Below are positions 9,727 through 21,000 of a stretch of 64,000 nt of DNA, piece by piece (the stretch's first letter is position 1; the number at the start of each line of letters is the position of its first letter). Source of the stretch: a virus. Lineage: Duplodnaviria; Caudoviricetes. The notes under the pieces were generated by a model. The model had not been told where the DNA came from and did not search any database. It saw only the letters and a list, made by a program, of their open reading frames with translations. The stretch is from IMG/VR virus record IMGVR_UViG_3300019776_000220, positions 216-64,215 of that record; one strand, 5' to 3'. Made by a program: the position numbers and the translations under genes.

Positions 9727-10410
9727 ATGGCAATTTCTATCGTTGATGCTCACGACTTTATTCGTAGTATCATAAAAAAGAATAAAGGCGGTTTTGTTTC
9801 CCCAAAAGATATAGACAGGGCAATTAACAGAGGTGTTGCTGATTGGATGAGTGCGGTTATTACTAAGTATCATAGAACAGGTAAATTTGAATATGACCAC
9901 TTATTAGTTAAGCGAGCTACATTATCTGCTACGGTTGCCAATAGTGGTGTAGTTGATGTTCCTACAGATTATGTAGAAGGATTAACAATCTATCATACCA
10001 ACGCTGATTCTCAATTAATTGAAGGAACTATTTATTCTTGGGATGAATTTTTAGAAATAAAAAACAGTTCAATATTGGCTCCTGATAGAGCATTTCCTGC
10101 TGCTACAATATATTTAGATTCAAGTGGCTCGCCTAAAATAGAGTTTGCTCCAGTTCCTACATCGGGGACTTATACATACACTTTTGTGTATATGCGGAAG
10201 CCTGCTACTGCGTATTATAATGCAGTAGTTTCAAATGGAAACATATCTGCGGCTTTAACAGGAAACATTGATATAGATGTAGCTGATAGATACTATTCTG
10301 ATATTATTACTCGTGCATTAATGTATCTTGGTATTACATTAGAAAATGCAAGTATTGCAGGGGCTGAAGGAATGATGGATGCTAATCAAATAAATGATGA
10401 ACGCAAATGA
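9727..10410 (+). CDS. putative tail ring or head-tail connector protein
   Basis: Lies before the muzzle and ejection genes in crAss-like order; -7 box TAACTTTG at 9697-9704. Confidence 0.5.
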   Translation: MAISIVDAHDFIRSIIKKNKGGFVSPKDIDRAINRGVADWMSAVITKYHRTGKFEYDHLLVKRATLSATVANSGVVDVPTDYVEGLTIYHTNADSQLIEGTIYSWDEFLEIKNSSILAPDRAFPAATIYLDSSGSPKIEFAPVPTSGTYTYTFVYMRKPATAYYNAVVSNGNISAALTGNIDIDVADRYYSDIITRALMYLGITLENASIAGAEGMMDANQINDERK

Positions 10411-11054
10411 TAACTAAATTCAAATTAGCGGAAGAAATTCAAAGAATCTACGCAAGATTCTTAGATAAGGATAACCCATCCGATGTAATTGACATCCGTG
10501 AGGTTAAGTTAGTATTAGAACAATCCTTAAATAAAGTTTTAAAATTACAAGTAGCTGAATCGTTTAAGGCTGGGTTTGTTGATATTCCAAGATGTAATCT
10601 AATTGAGTACACTTGCACAGTAACGTCTGACTCAACTAATTCTCGGTCTTATATCACATTACCTTCAATTCCATTGACATTGCCGATGGATATGGGTGTT
10701 TGGAGCATTAGTGCTCCTTCGGCAGTAGCCACCCCATATATTCCAATCCCTGCACAGGACATTCTTGTATTCGGAACAATTGCTTCTGGTACTAATGTAA
10801 GTTATTTAGAAGGGCAGGTGGGATACTATGTTCAAGGTAAGAAGGTATATTTTACAAAGGATATTACTTTGTCAGCTAATGGTTCAATATCAAGTGTTAA
10901 AGTAAACTTAATTGTATCTGATTTTGACCAATTAACAGACACGGAATTATTGCCAATTTCGCCAGAAGTAGTAACTACAGTAATTAATGAGGTTTTAACA
11001 GTCATTAGCAACGGTAGAGTAGCTCAAGCTGAATTAGGTGCACAACAACAATAA
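10407..11054 (+). CDS. putative tail ring protein
   Basis: Size and context; ATGA-coupled to the previous gene. Confidence 0.5.
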   Translation: MITKFKLAEEIQRIYARFLDKDNPSDVIDIREVKLVLEQSLNKVLKLQVAESFKAGFVDIPRCNLIEYTCTVTSDSTNSRSYITLPSIPLTLPMDMGVWSISAPSAVATPYIPIPAQDILVFGTIASGTNVSYLEGQVGYYVQGKKVYFTKDITLSANGSISSVKVNLIVSDFDQLTDTELLPISPEVVTTVINEVLTVISNGRVAQAELGAQQQ

Positions 11055-11056
11055 AA

Positions 11057-11815
11057 ATGAAAACTAAATCATTAAATATAATTGTTCGGGATGCGTTATT
11101 AGATAACGGATTGCCTTTGCATTATTACACAAGATATTTGCACCACGCTCTCCGCATAATGGATGAGCTATCAATGGATTTTGATTTAGGAAATATTAAG
11201 TCATCGGTTTTATCTGTGACATCTTATCAAAGAGCGTTGCTTCCTACTGATTTTATTGATGTTATAGACGTTTCTGCAAAGCACGGAGAGAGATTGCTAC
11301 CAATGGAGAGAGATAGGGCTTTAAACAAGAATTATAATCGTGATGATAGTGGTAATAAAATCCCATATCCTACGGATACAAATATTAATTACGATGCAGA
11401 ATTCAATTACAATTTAATTTCTGGTGCTAATAACCTAAATACAAGAGGTGAATTAGTGGGGCGGTACTATGGAAAGCAACGCAAGCCATTATTGGTTTAC
11501 GATATTGATACAACTAATTCAGAGATTGTATTTTCAAATACAGTTTCATTAACAGAGGTAACATTAACTTACATTACATCTGCTGTATCAAAATCATCTG
11601 CTAATCTTGTTACTCCATACGCTACAGATGTAATTACAAAGTATGTACAAATGATGGCTTTTAAAGCAGAAGGTGGTACACTTGGCAAGTTCCAATTAGC
11701 AAAACAAGAATATGATAATGCTCGTAGAATTTTTAGAGCAAGAATGAATTCGATGGATTTTGCAGAAATCATTGGAGCTACAAGAAGGGGTATTCACGGA
11801 AGTATCAAGAATTAA
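11057..11815 (+). CDS. putative tail tubular or ring protein (P22 gp4-like role)
   Basis: LPTDFIDVIDV motif and C-terminal helix; immediately before the stabilisation protein. Confidence 0.5.
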   Translation: MKTKSLNIIVRDALLDNGLPLHYYTRYLHHALRIMDELSMDFDLGNIKSSVLSVTSYQRALLPTDFIDVIDVSAKHGERLLPMERDRALNKNYNRDDSGNKIPYPTDTNINYDAEFNYNLISGANNLNTRGELVGRYYGKQRKPLLVYDIDTTNSEIVFSNTVSLTEVTLTYITSAVSKSSANLVTPYATDVITKYVQMMAFKAEGGTLGKFQLAKQEYDNARRIFRARMNSMDFAEIIGATRRGIHGSIKN

Positions 11816-11840
11816 CAAATAGAAATTTAACATTTCACAA

Positions 11841-14800
11841 ATGGCGAAGGTAAGTCTCAGAGCATCAGGGGGTTTGAATAAAGATTTTGACCCAAACAAT
11901 TTACCTGAAGGCGATTATATATCTGCATCCAATGTTATATTTGACTCTGGTAAATCGGGGGGTGGTGGAGCATTGCGTTTGTTAGAATCAATTAGAACAT
12001 CGGGGGTATCCATAACTAATATCAAAGCGACTACGCAAGATGTTGATGGAACTATTTATGTTCTTGGAGATAATGGAGTTACTGCATCTATTTATAAGAT
12101 ACCTACAACGTTAGATACTAAAACTACATTAGTTACATATACACATTCTGTTACAACTACATTTGTTCCTGATTTAAAAATTATTGGACCATCTATTGTT
12201 TGGAATTACGCTGAAGAAGGAACGGTATTAATATGCCCAACTGCAACTGCTATTACAGGAACACTTACTATTTTAGATTTAAAACTACAAAAAGATACTC
12301 CTAATAACGTTGTTAGTATTGCAAAGACAATTGGCACAGGGGTTGATTTTCTTGAATCAAATGATTTTCAATTTGCAAGTAGATATCAGTACAAAGGGAA
12401 AGAGTATTCAGTATTAGGTAACTATAGCCAAGTTTATAAAGGAGAGAAGGGTACATCAAGCTATGTGCTTACATTCAATACGACTGGCAAGCCTTATTTT
12501 GCAGAATATATTGAGATTTATGTTCGAGTTGGCAATGATGGAATCTGGAGAAGAATTAACACTCAATTACTTTCTGCTATTGCCACATTTACTTGGTTAG
12601 GGCAGACATACGAAAGCCTTGATATTGTAACTACGGGTAGCCCTTACGATGCAGTTCCCGTAAATGCAAAACATATTGAGATTGCTAAGAATAGAATATT
12701 CCTTGCTAACATCAAGGATGACTATGATATGACATCTGCTAATTTAGATTTTTCATTAGGATGGGCAAGTGGATATACTTTACCAACGGGAGGAGCATAC
12801 AACTCATATGTTTCTGCTGGATTAACCTCTCCAACAAGTTCAGAAACAGGGTCTGATTATGTAAAGCCATTTGCTAATAACTCTGTGTATGGAGTTGGTA
12901 TTGCTTTTTATGATTCAGCATTAAAGACTCGTGGAGTAGAAAAGTATGAAAAGTTTACTACAGGTAGTTTTACATACCCAATGATTCCTACGTTTAGTGT
13001 TACATTAAATGCAGGATATGTTAAACCAGCTTGGGCAAAGTATGCACAATTAGTATATACTAAGAATATTAGCAAATCTTATTTTTACGAAGGATATGCA
13101 AGCAATATTTATTTTCAAGTAACTCAAACTGATACAAACCTTGTAACAAAAGCAACTACAAATCTATTGGTTGCAAGCCAATCCGTTACTGCGGACCAAC
13201 TTAAAAACGTAAAGTATTTTGTAATTGACTTAATGGGAATGTATCGTGCTGGATACATATACACAGTTGAGCAAGGCGATAGAGTTACAATTAATACTCC
13301 TAACGGAAAACTTGATTTAAAGATTGCGGGGCAAGAAAACAATTTAATTTATTGCGAGTATACGGGCGGGGCAATGACTAACGTTGCAATACCTGACCCA
13401 AAATCATTGTATTTTGAGATATATTCTCCAAAGCAAGTTTCAGAAAATGAGACATTAGTTTTCTATGAATACGGAAATCTAATTGATATGTCGGCTTGGT
13501 CAGCAAGTTCAACAAAAACTATTTCTGCTACAGGAACATTAAATGATGGAGCAGCATCTAAGTTTATTGGGGATACGGTGTTTACTAAATTAGAAATGCC
13601 AACATACACTACTGCACCATTCCTTTATAATACACAGAGAACTACTCCTGCAGTTATTGGTTCTGGTATAGATGAAAATGTAATTACAGTTATAAATGCA
13701 AATATTAATTCATTAGCAAACAGTACAGCGGGTGCAGGCTCTCCAACCGATAAGACTGATATTCCTACAATTGTAGATATCCCATCGGGAACTAATGGGG
13801 ACTCAGCAACAATAGTAGATAGTAGCTCCGCATTTAAGATTGCAGGATTCTACGACATTGGTGTTCAGAAGGCGGGAGTTAATAGGATGACTATTGTTTA
13901 CAATTTAACGGCAACAAAATCATTGTCTATAAACCCTGACCCATCGGGAGCTCCTGCAGGTTCTGGTTCTGGTAGTGCAACTTGGTCTTTAAGAGCTCAA
14001 GTTTATAGAACTCCTTATAATAACACAACAAATAAGTATGATGCTGTTTCAGAAAAAGTAGGAAAAGTATTTGATATTTTCCCGCAAGCTACATTAAGTA
14101 CTACTACTCCTACTCCTGTAACTGAAGCTGCTTTAGCAACTCAAATTATCGAGTTAAATACAGGTATTACAAAATCATTTGAAGCAAATGACAAGTTTCA
14201 TATTGAATTAAGTTTGTCATTGATATCTACGGGAGATATTATTTCTTCTCAAATTTCAATTGCTAAGAATGCTACTTATGCAATGAACATAACGCTAAAC
14301 GGAAACAGAACTATTCCAAAAGTAATTACGACATACGATAACAATTCAACAGTTAGTACGTCTAATACAAAATATTTGATACGTTCTATTTCTAATGCAA
14401 CATCTAATAAGTATTGGAATACGTCTGCTGGCAAGCCATCTATAGCCTCCACTTCTTCGATATCTACAAGAAGAACAAATACAATTAGATATGGTGGTAA
14501 TTATGTATCTGGAACGAATATAAATAATACTTGTTCATTCTTTGCTTTAGATTCAAATGATGTAGCAATTGAGAATGGAGAGATTACTTCATTACAACGT
14601 GCATCTCGTTTACAGGGGAATGGCTCAATGCTACTTGTCTTATGTCAAAAAGAGTCAGCATATATTATGATGGGAGAGCAAGAGCTATCTCAGGGTAATA
14701 ACTCAGCAGTTTATGCTTTGACAGCTAATATGATTGGAACTATCCGTAACTTCGGTAACAATCTTGGGATGCTTGATAAAGCCTCTGTAATGAACTACAA

Positions 14801-15542
14801 GGGTAATATTTGGTGGTGGGATGACTTTAATAAGAAGGTTGTTAAGTATACTCCTGATGGATTAGAAATCCCAAGTGACACATATATGCGGTCTTATTTC
14901 TTAGGCAAATCAGGTGTAGCTAATTTCTCGTATGACCCATTCTATAATATGTGTTATGTGGGCATAGGCTCTGATACAGTTTCTGCTGGATATTCAGATA
15001 ACCTTAAAAGATGGGTTGCTGAATCATATAATTTAAAAAGTGATTTTGCGGAGAGTTATGGAGATAAGATGATTCTGTTTAAGAGTGGAGTTATGTATAA
15101 ACCAATTGCTAACACAACTACAAGTGATTACAATAATTTGCTTGGAACTGCTTATGATGGTTCAATCTCATTTGTATTAAATAGCAGAATACCTGTTAGA
15201 CCTGTAAATGTTGCAATTTCTCACGATATGAATGTAGTTGATTGGACTACAGATAACTATGTGAAATCAAGTTTGCTTACTATTGACATTACAAATGAGA
15301 ATGGTCAATCTACAAATTTGGTTGAATCAAATTTTTTAATGGAAGACAATCGGTTATATGCCCACGTTTTAAGGAATGTAAATAGCTACAGAGCAGGGTC
15401 GTTAATGACTAATGCTATAATAGAAGGCGACTATATTGTTGGCTATCTTAATAAATTTGTTGTAACTTTAAAAGATAAAAGTCAAAATATGAGGATTAAC
15501 TCAATTGACGTTGAGGTAGTTCCTGTATCTGGACACTCGTAA
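11841..15542 (+). CDS. tail stabilisation or muzzle protein (P22 gp10-like, crAss-type)
   Basis: N-terminal GGLNKDFDPNNLPEGDYISASNV, FQFASRYQY..KEYS, NRIFLANI; 1233 aa, beta-rich. Confidence 0.7.
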   Translation: MAKVSLRASGGLNKDFDPNNLPEGDYISASNVIFDSGKSGGGGALRLLESIRTSGVSITNIKATTQDVDGTIYVLGDNGVTASIYKIPTTLDTKTTLVTYTHSVTTTFVPDLKIIGPSIVWNYAEEGTVLICPTATAITGTLTILDLKLQKDTPNNVVSIAKTIGTGVDFLESNDFQFASRYQYKGKEYSVLGNYSQVYKGEKGTSSYVLTFNTTGKPYFAEYIEIYVRVGNDGIWRRINTQLLSAIATFTWLGQTYESLDIVTTGSPYDAVPVNAKHIEIAKNRIFLANIKDDYDMTSANLDFSLGWASGYTLPTGGAYNSYVSAGLTSPTSSETGSDYVKPFANNSVYGVGIAFYDSALKTRGVEKYEKFTTGSFTYPMIPTFSVTLNAGYVKPAWAKYAQLVYTKNISKSYFYEGYASNIYFQVTQTDTNLVTKATTNLLVASQSVTADQLKNVKYFVIDLMGMYRAGYIYTVEQGDRVTINTPNGKLDLKIAGQENNLIYCEYTGGAMTNVAIPDPKSLYFEIYSPKQVSENETLVFYEYGNLIDMSAWSASSTKTISATGTLNDGAASKFIGDTVFTKLEMPTYTTAPFLYNTQRTTPAVIGSGIDENVITVINANINSLANSTAGAGSPTDKTDIPTIVDIPSGTNGDSATIVDSSSAFKIAGFYDIGVQKAGVNRMTIVYNLTATKSLSINPDPSGAPAGSGSGSATWSLRAQVYRTPYNNTTNKYDAVSEKVGKVFDIFPQATLSTTTPTPVTEAALATQIIELNTGITKSFEANDKFHIELSLSLISTGDIISSQISIAKNATYAMNITLNGNRTIPKVITTYDNNSTVSTSNTKYLIRSISNATSNKYWNTSAGKPSIASTSSISTRRTNTIRYGGNYVSGTNINNTCSFFALDSNDVAIENGEITSLQRASRLQGNGSMLLVLCQKESAYIMMGEQELSQGNNSAVYALTANMIGTIRNFGNNLGMLDKASVMNYKGNIWWWDDFNKKVVKYTPDGLEIPSDTYMRSYFLGKSGVANFSYDPFYNMCYVGIGSDTVSAGYSDNLKRWVAESYNLKSDFAESYGDKMILFKSGVMYKPIANTTTSDYNNLLGTAYDGSISFVLNSRIPVRPVNVAISHDMNVVDWTTDNYVKSSLLTIDITNENGQSTNLVESNFLMEDNRLYAHVLRNVNSYRAGSLMTNAIIEGDYIVGYLNKFVVTLKDKSQNMRINSIDVEVVPVSGHS

Positions 15543-15553
15543 ATTATTAATAT

Positions 15554-16369
15554 ATGGACCCGCTATCAATAATTGGAATGGGAACCAGCGTTCTTGGAGG
15601 ACTCGTTGGTTTATTTGGGGCAAGCAAAGCCGCAGATGCAGCTACTGCTCAAAAAGAAAAAGTATCAATGTTCAATCGTAATCAGCAAGCTGGTTGGGAT
15701 GAGAAGATGGCACAAATGATGGCTTTCCAAAAAGCTGCTCCAACATACCAAGCTGACTATGCTCCTTATCAAGCAATGGCTGATAAAGCAGCAATGAATG
15801 AAATCCAAGCAACGGGGCAAACTCGTGCTGCTGGGACTCAATTTGCTTTAGACCAAGCTGACCAAGGATACGCTAATCTTATTCAAGCTACGGGCAAATT
15901 AGGTGGCTCTCGTGCAGATATGGCTACATCATTATTGATGGGACAACAAAATCTTGGTGCACAAAAAGGGCAAACACTCGCTCAAGGTCAACAGATGATG
16001 TTTCAAAATCAGCAACAAGCGAAGATGGCTAATCTTAGTGCATTAGGGCAATTAGCTGCGGGTAAATCAATGGAAAACTACAGAACATTTGCATCTCAAG
16101 CCGCTAACCAACAAGGTATGCTTGGATTGATGGGACAAGATTTATCTGGCAGAACTGCTTTAGCTCAACAAGGATTTCAATCTGAAATGGCTGCACAAGG
16201 TATTATTGACCAAGCTCATCAATCTATGTGGAATGCTGGAGCAGGAATTCTTGGAACAATTGGTGGAGGCTTAAATCAGATTGGTATGCAGAAAATGAAA
16301 ATAAATGATTTGACCAAAATGATGAAAAATCCTGATACAAAAGATGTGGCTCAATTTATTGATGCATAA
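15554..16369 (+). CDS. putative DNA ejection (internal virion) protein
   Basis: Gly-rich hydrophobic N-terminus (MDPLSIIGMGTSVLGGLVGLFG) and A/Q/M/G-rich helical body, typical of podovirus pilot proteins. Confidence 0.6.
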   Translation: MDPLSIIGMGTSVLGGLVGLFGASKAADAATAQKEKVSMFNRNQQAGWDEKMAQMMAFQKAAPTYQADYAPYQAMADKAAMNEIQATGQTRAAGTQFALDQADQGYANLIQATGKLGGSRADMATSLLMGQQNLGAQKGQTLAQGQQMMFQNQQQAKMANLSALGQLAAGKSMENYRTFASQAANQQGMLGLMGQDLSGRTALAQQGFQSEMAAQGIIDQAHQSMWNAGAGILGTIGGGLNQIGMQKMKINDLTKMMKNPDTKDVAQFIDA

Positions 16370-16392
16370 TAAAATTGTTAAAATAAAATAAA

Positions 16393-18048
16393 ATGGCAGA
16401 GTCTTATTTATTTAATCCAACTGAAGGTATTAACAAAGCGGGAGCTCAAATACAGGCAAATCTTGGAAATATATTTACGGGTATTATTGCTCAAAAGCAG
16501 AACGATTACAATGTAGCCGAAAAAACTTTTGAAAATATCAATGCTTTAACAGATAAGTTAGGCGAATATGGTCAAGAAGAAATTACATCTAAAACAGCAT
16601 CTTTATTAGATGATGCCGCTAAAAGTATTATCAAGAATGGTAAAGTTGATTATTCTGAAATAGGTAGAATCCGTAACGGGGTAAGCACTATTAAAAACAG
16701 GAAATCAGCTATCGAAGCGGGCACTCAAATGTACAAAGAGATGGCTCAGACTGCCTTAGCAACTAAAGATGACTTACTTAATCTTGGTCTTACATTAGAG
16801 GGTATGCGTAATGTAATCTTAAATCCTAATAATCTTTCTGCTGAAGATATGGGAAGACAGATGCAGGCTGTGTACCAAAAAAATATTAATACGTCGAAAG
16901 CATCTTCCGATATATTTTCTCGTATTGCCCCATCTCAAACATATGAGCAAACATATACTAAGGATGGAGCTACATACGGAATTGCAGGTAAAAAAATATC
17001 AGATTATGTTTTAGACCCGACTACAAGTAAATTTGCACCTCCATCACAAGTTCAAGCTAAGAATGCAGATGGTACTCCTGCGGTTAATCCAGATGGAACT
17101 CCTAAAATGATTTCATATTCAAGCCAAAAGTTTAATGACTTTATGCAAGCGGGTGGAGCAACTGTACTTGATGCAATTAGAAAACAAATGGGAGATAATT
17201 CTGTATTTCAATCAGATGAACAACTTTTTGAATCTCGTTGGCAAAATTATGTTAATAGTAATAATACTATTCAAAAAAATATTGAAGCTAAATCTTCTGC
17301 TCAAAATATAACAGAACAAAATAAAGCTGAGGCATCTGGAGTTGAATTGAAAAACTTGCCTGATAAAATTAAACTTGAGAATAAAAAGACGCAAGCAGAA
17401 ATCAATTTAACTAATGCAAGAACAGCGGGAGAAAATCTTGATAATCAAATTACAAGAGATACAATTAGCAGTACCGCTCCATTAGAAAATATGGGTATTA
17501 CTGTAAAAGATAATTCAAAAAATGTAAACTTTGGGCAAGGTATTAAAGTAACCTCTCTTATGTGGAATGGTAAAATGACTCCATTTGTTGCAACAGATGT
17601 AGCTTATGATGTAAATACTAAATTACATTATATAAAAGGAAGACCTGCTCCAAAAGGAACTGAAGGGAAATGGGAGGTAGACGATTCAAAAGAAGAAATA
17701 GCAATCCCTGTATCAACAAATTCTATTTCATATAAGAATCTTGTTTCAGCTATTAATGGACCAGCTTTATCAAAGGCAAAAGGGCAAAATGCAAGAGCAA
17801 GATTTAATCGATTTAATTCTATTGAATTAACTGATGCTGGCAAGAAACAAGAAGCTCCTGCTCAATCTCCTGAGAAAAAAGAACCTGAGAAGCCATTTAT
17901 AACAGCTACAAAAATTGGACAAATTTTACCTCAATATCTTAATCAAACGCTTACAGATAAAAAAGGTAAAAAGCACACAATTAAAAGCGGAGCAGACCTT
18001 AGAAAGTATTTTATTGGAAATGATGTGAATGTTAAAATAAACGAATAA
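16393..18048 (+). CDS. putative second ejection or internal virion protein
   Basis: 551 aa, between the pilot-like gene and the giant protein. Confidence 0.5.
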   Translation: MAESYLFNPTEGINKAGAQIQANLGNIFTGIIAQKQNDYNVAEKTFENINALTDKLGEYGQEEITSKTASLLDDAAKSIIKNGKVDYSEIGRIRNGVSTIKNRKSAIEAGTQMYKEMAQTALATKDDLLNLGLTLEGMRNVILNPNNLSAEDMGRQMQAVYQKNINTSKASSDIFSRIAPSQTYEQTYTKDGATYGIAGKKISDYVLDPTTSKFAPPSQVQAKNADGTPAVNPDGTPKMISYSSQKFNDFMQAGGATVLDAIRKQMGDNSVFQSDEQLFESRWQNYVNSNNTIQKNIEAKSSAQNITEQNKAEASGVELKNLPDKIKLENKKTQAEINLTNARTAGENLDNQITRDTISSTAPLENMGITVKDNSKNVNFGQGIKVTSLMWNGKMTPFVATDVAYDVNTKLHYIKGRPAPKGTEGKWEVDDSKEEIAIPVSTNSISYKNLVSAINGPALSKAKGQNARARFNRFNSIELTDAGKKQEAPAQSPEKKEPEKPFITATKIGQILPQYLNQTLTDKKGKKHTIKSGADLRKYFIGNDVNVKINE

Positions 18049-18049
18049 T

Positions 18050-21000
18050 ATGTCTAAGCAAAGATTAGTTGACCCAATGTCATTTGTTTCAAATGCTAAT
18101 GTTTCAAAACCTGATACACAAGAGCTACCTGACCCAATGTCATTTGTTGAGACATCTCAAAAAAAAAATCCAATCGAGAAAAAAAGCGTTACGGTATCAT
18201 CTGGGCAGGAAGATTCTGGGGGTTTATTCTCTGATATTGCAGACTATTTTTCAAGAGCACAACCTTCTGTTTCAGGCTTAGGAACAGCTACTTTTGCTCA
18301 AGATTTAGCAAAGAAAACAGGGTCTATGAGACTTGGTATTTATGACCAAGTTGATAATCCCGAGATGACTGCTGAAGAAAGATTAGCTTATCAAAAAGGA
18401 TTAAAGCAACGTGCTGCAATAGATGACATTGTTACGTCAAATCTATTGAAATCAGATGTTCAGACATCTGCATTATCTTTTCTTGCTGAAAAAACAAACA
18501 CTACTCCTATGTTGGAATCCCTTGTTTCGGGGACATTTGGAACATTAGGAGCAAGTGCAATGAATATTCTTGGTGGGGCTGCGGATTGGATTCAGAATGT
18601 AGGAGCTCGGACATTAGATACTATTGCAAAAGGTCAAATTGGTACGGGTTATCAAAGCGATATCAAGGTGGCATCATCGGAAGGTGTTGCTGGGGCATTA
18701 TATGAGGCTGGGCAGAATCTTCAAAATGTTAGCAACTCATTTATGAGGCAAGCTAAAGTTGATACGGGGATTGCTAATGAAGATGTAGATAAAACTTTTA
18801 CTCAATTACTTTCAGAAGGCAAGACAGCGGATGCATTTACAACTCTTGGATTAAGCTCAATTCAACAAATGCCTCAGATTGTAGCACTTGGCTTAACAGG
18901 TGGTTCTGCGGGAGCGGTATTTGCTGGTTCAGCGGCAATGGGGATGGGGGCTTCATTAGGAGAAGAATATGCTAAAGATGCAGATATTACAGGAAAAGAT
19001 GCATTAGTATCTATTGCAAAGGGTGTTGTTGAAGGCTTAACAGAAACTATATTTAGAACAGATGTAAACGCATTTAATAGTTTGCGTAATATCATTGCTA
19101 CAGAAGGGAAAGAAGCCACAAGAGAAGCGATTGTTCGTGGCTATGGGCAAGTTATGAAGAAAGCACTTTCGGGGGCGAATGAAGAAGGTGTCGAAGAAAT
19201 AATTGCAAACGTAGGTGGATTTATTGTAGATGGAGTAGCGGACCCTAAAAAATTCAATCCAACAGAATACAATAAGTTACTTGAAAGCTCAATTGATGCA
19301 TTCGTATTAGGTGCTGCATCAGGTGGAATAGTAAGTGGTGCTGCAACTTTAGCATCAAAAACTAATTTAACAGATGAGCAAAAGCGTTCCATTAGAAGAT
19401 ATAAAGAGGTTGCAGAAAACGAATCTTTCTCTGAAGATATTCGTAAGGCAGCAATGGATAAAATTAAGGATATTCGTGATTTAGATGCTGGTAAAACATA
19501 CGATAACTATCGATTAATTACTGATATCGAAGATGTAAATAAGAGAGCTGATGTAATCAAGACTCTTAATGAAATTAAAGCAGAAGAAGAATCTCAGAAA
19601 GAGCTTAAAGATGAGAGCTTAATTGAAGCATCTAATCAAATTATTGAGGAAAAGAAAACAAAGGTTGATTCTATAATCAGAGAGAATATTGATGCAATAT
19701 ATTCAAGAAGCTCTAAGGCTATCAAAGAGCAGCAAAAAGCATCAAGAGAAAAGGCTGCAAACTACCTTTCTGAAAACAATTACTATATTGGATTCAATGA
19801 GAATAACGCTGACCTGCTTGATAGTATACAGTCTGGCGAATTAGTTGATATCAATGACATCAATAAAGCTACTTCATCATTATATGATTTAGAAGCAAGC
19901 GTAATGGCTGACGATAAGTTATCTAACCAAGAAAGAAACTATGTTTTGCGTGAGGTTTATGCAAAATTAGATTCATTGGAATCATATGATAAGATAACAA
20001 AGAATGGCAAATTACTTGCTCAAGATAACGCAGAACCCAATCGTACCACTAACATTGATTTAAGGGCTGAGAGGGCAAAGAAAGTGCGTAATAATAGATT
20101 TGAGGGGGAGTTATTTAAGTTTCAAGCAGAGGATGGAAGAAACATTTCTTTAAGAGCTTCTGTAGATGAGAAGGGAGATGTTACAATGACTCCTATTCGT
20201 AAGTCATTTAAATATAAAACAGAGAAAGAATCTAAAGCAAATGAATCGTTTAAAATCAAAGGCAACTTAGAGGTCGGTGAAATTAAACGCAATGAGGATG
20301 GAAACTTAATTTCTGCAACCATTACAGATACAAAAGGAAAGCGGTCATTCAATACTAACAACGAAGAACTTGTTTCTTATTTGCAAGCTATGCAAGCAAG
20401 ACAATCTTTAGTTAAGGCATCGAATGTTGGATATTCCGTTAGCGATGACATTGAATCTGTTCAAGGAAATGAGATATTAGGCAAATTAACCCCTAACCAA
20501 AAAGCCCGTTTTGCTAATTACTATAAAGCATTACAGACTGTAAATCCAAATGCTCAAATCATATTATATGATAACGAGAAGCAGATGGCAAGGGGTCTTG
20601 TTGCTCAAGGATTTAGTAGAAAGCAAGCAAAAGAGGCTGCTACGGGGTCAATGGGATTACAGCATAGCGGTGTTATTCACGTTAACATATCCGTTGCAGA
20701 TGATGCAACTGTCCCTCACGAAATATTCCACGAGGCAGTTAAGGAGATAACTAAATCTAATCCAGAGGCATTTGTTGATATGGTGAAAAAGTTGGAAGCA
20801 ATGCTTTCTCCAGCAGAACTTGCTTACCTAAAAAACTTTTCAAACTTATATGAAAACAAAGGCGAAAACGTAGTTGCCGAAGAATTCTTATCTGAATTAT
20901 TGGGTGTGCTTACTGCTAAGAGATTAACATTCTCTAAAGTAAATGCTGAGGGAGAAAGAATTAATGTTGAGGTAGATTTCGCTTTAAATCGTTCTATTGG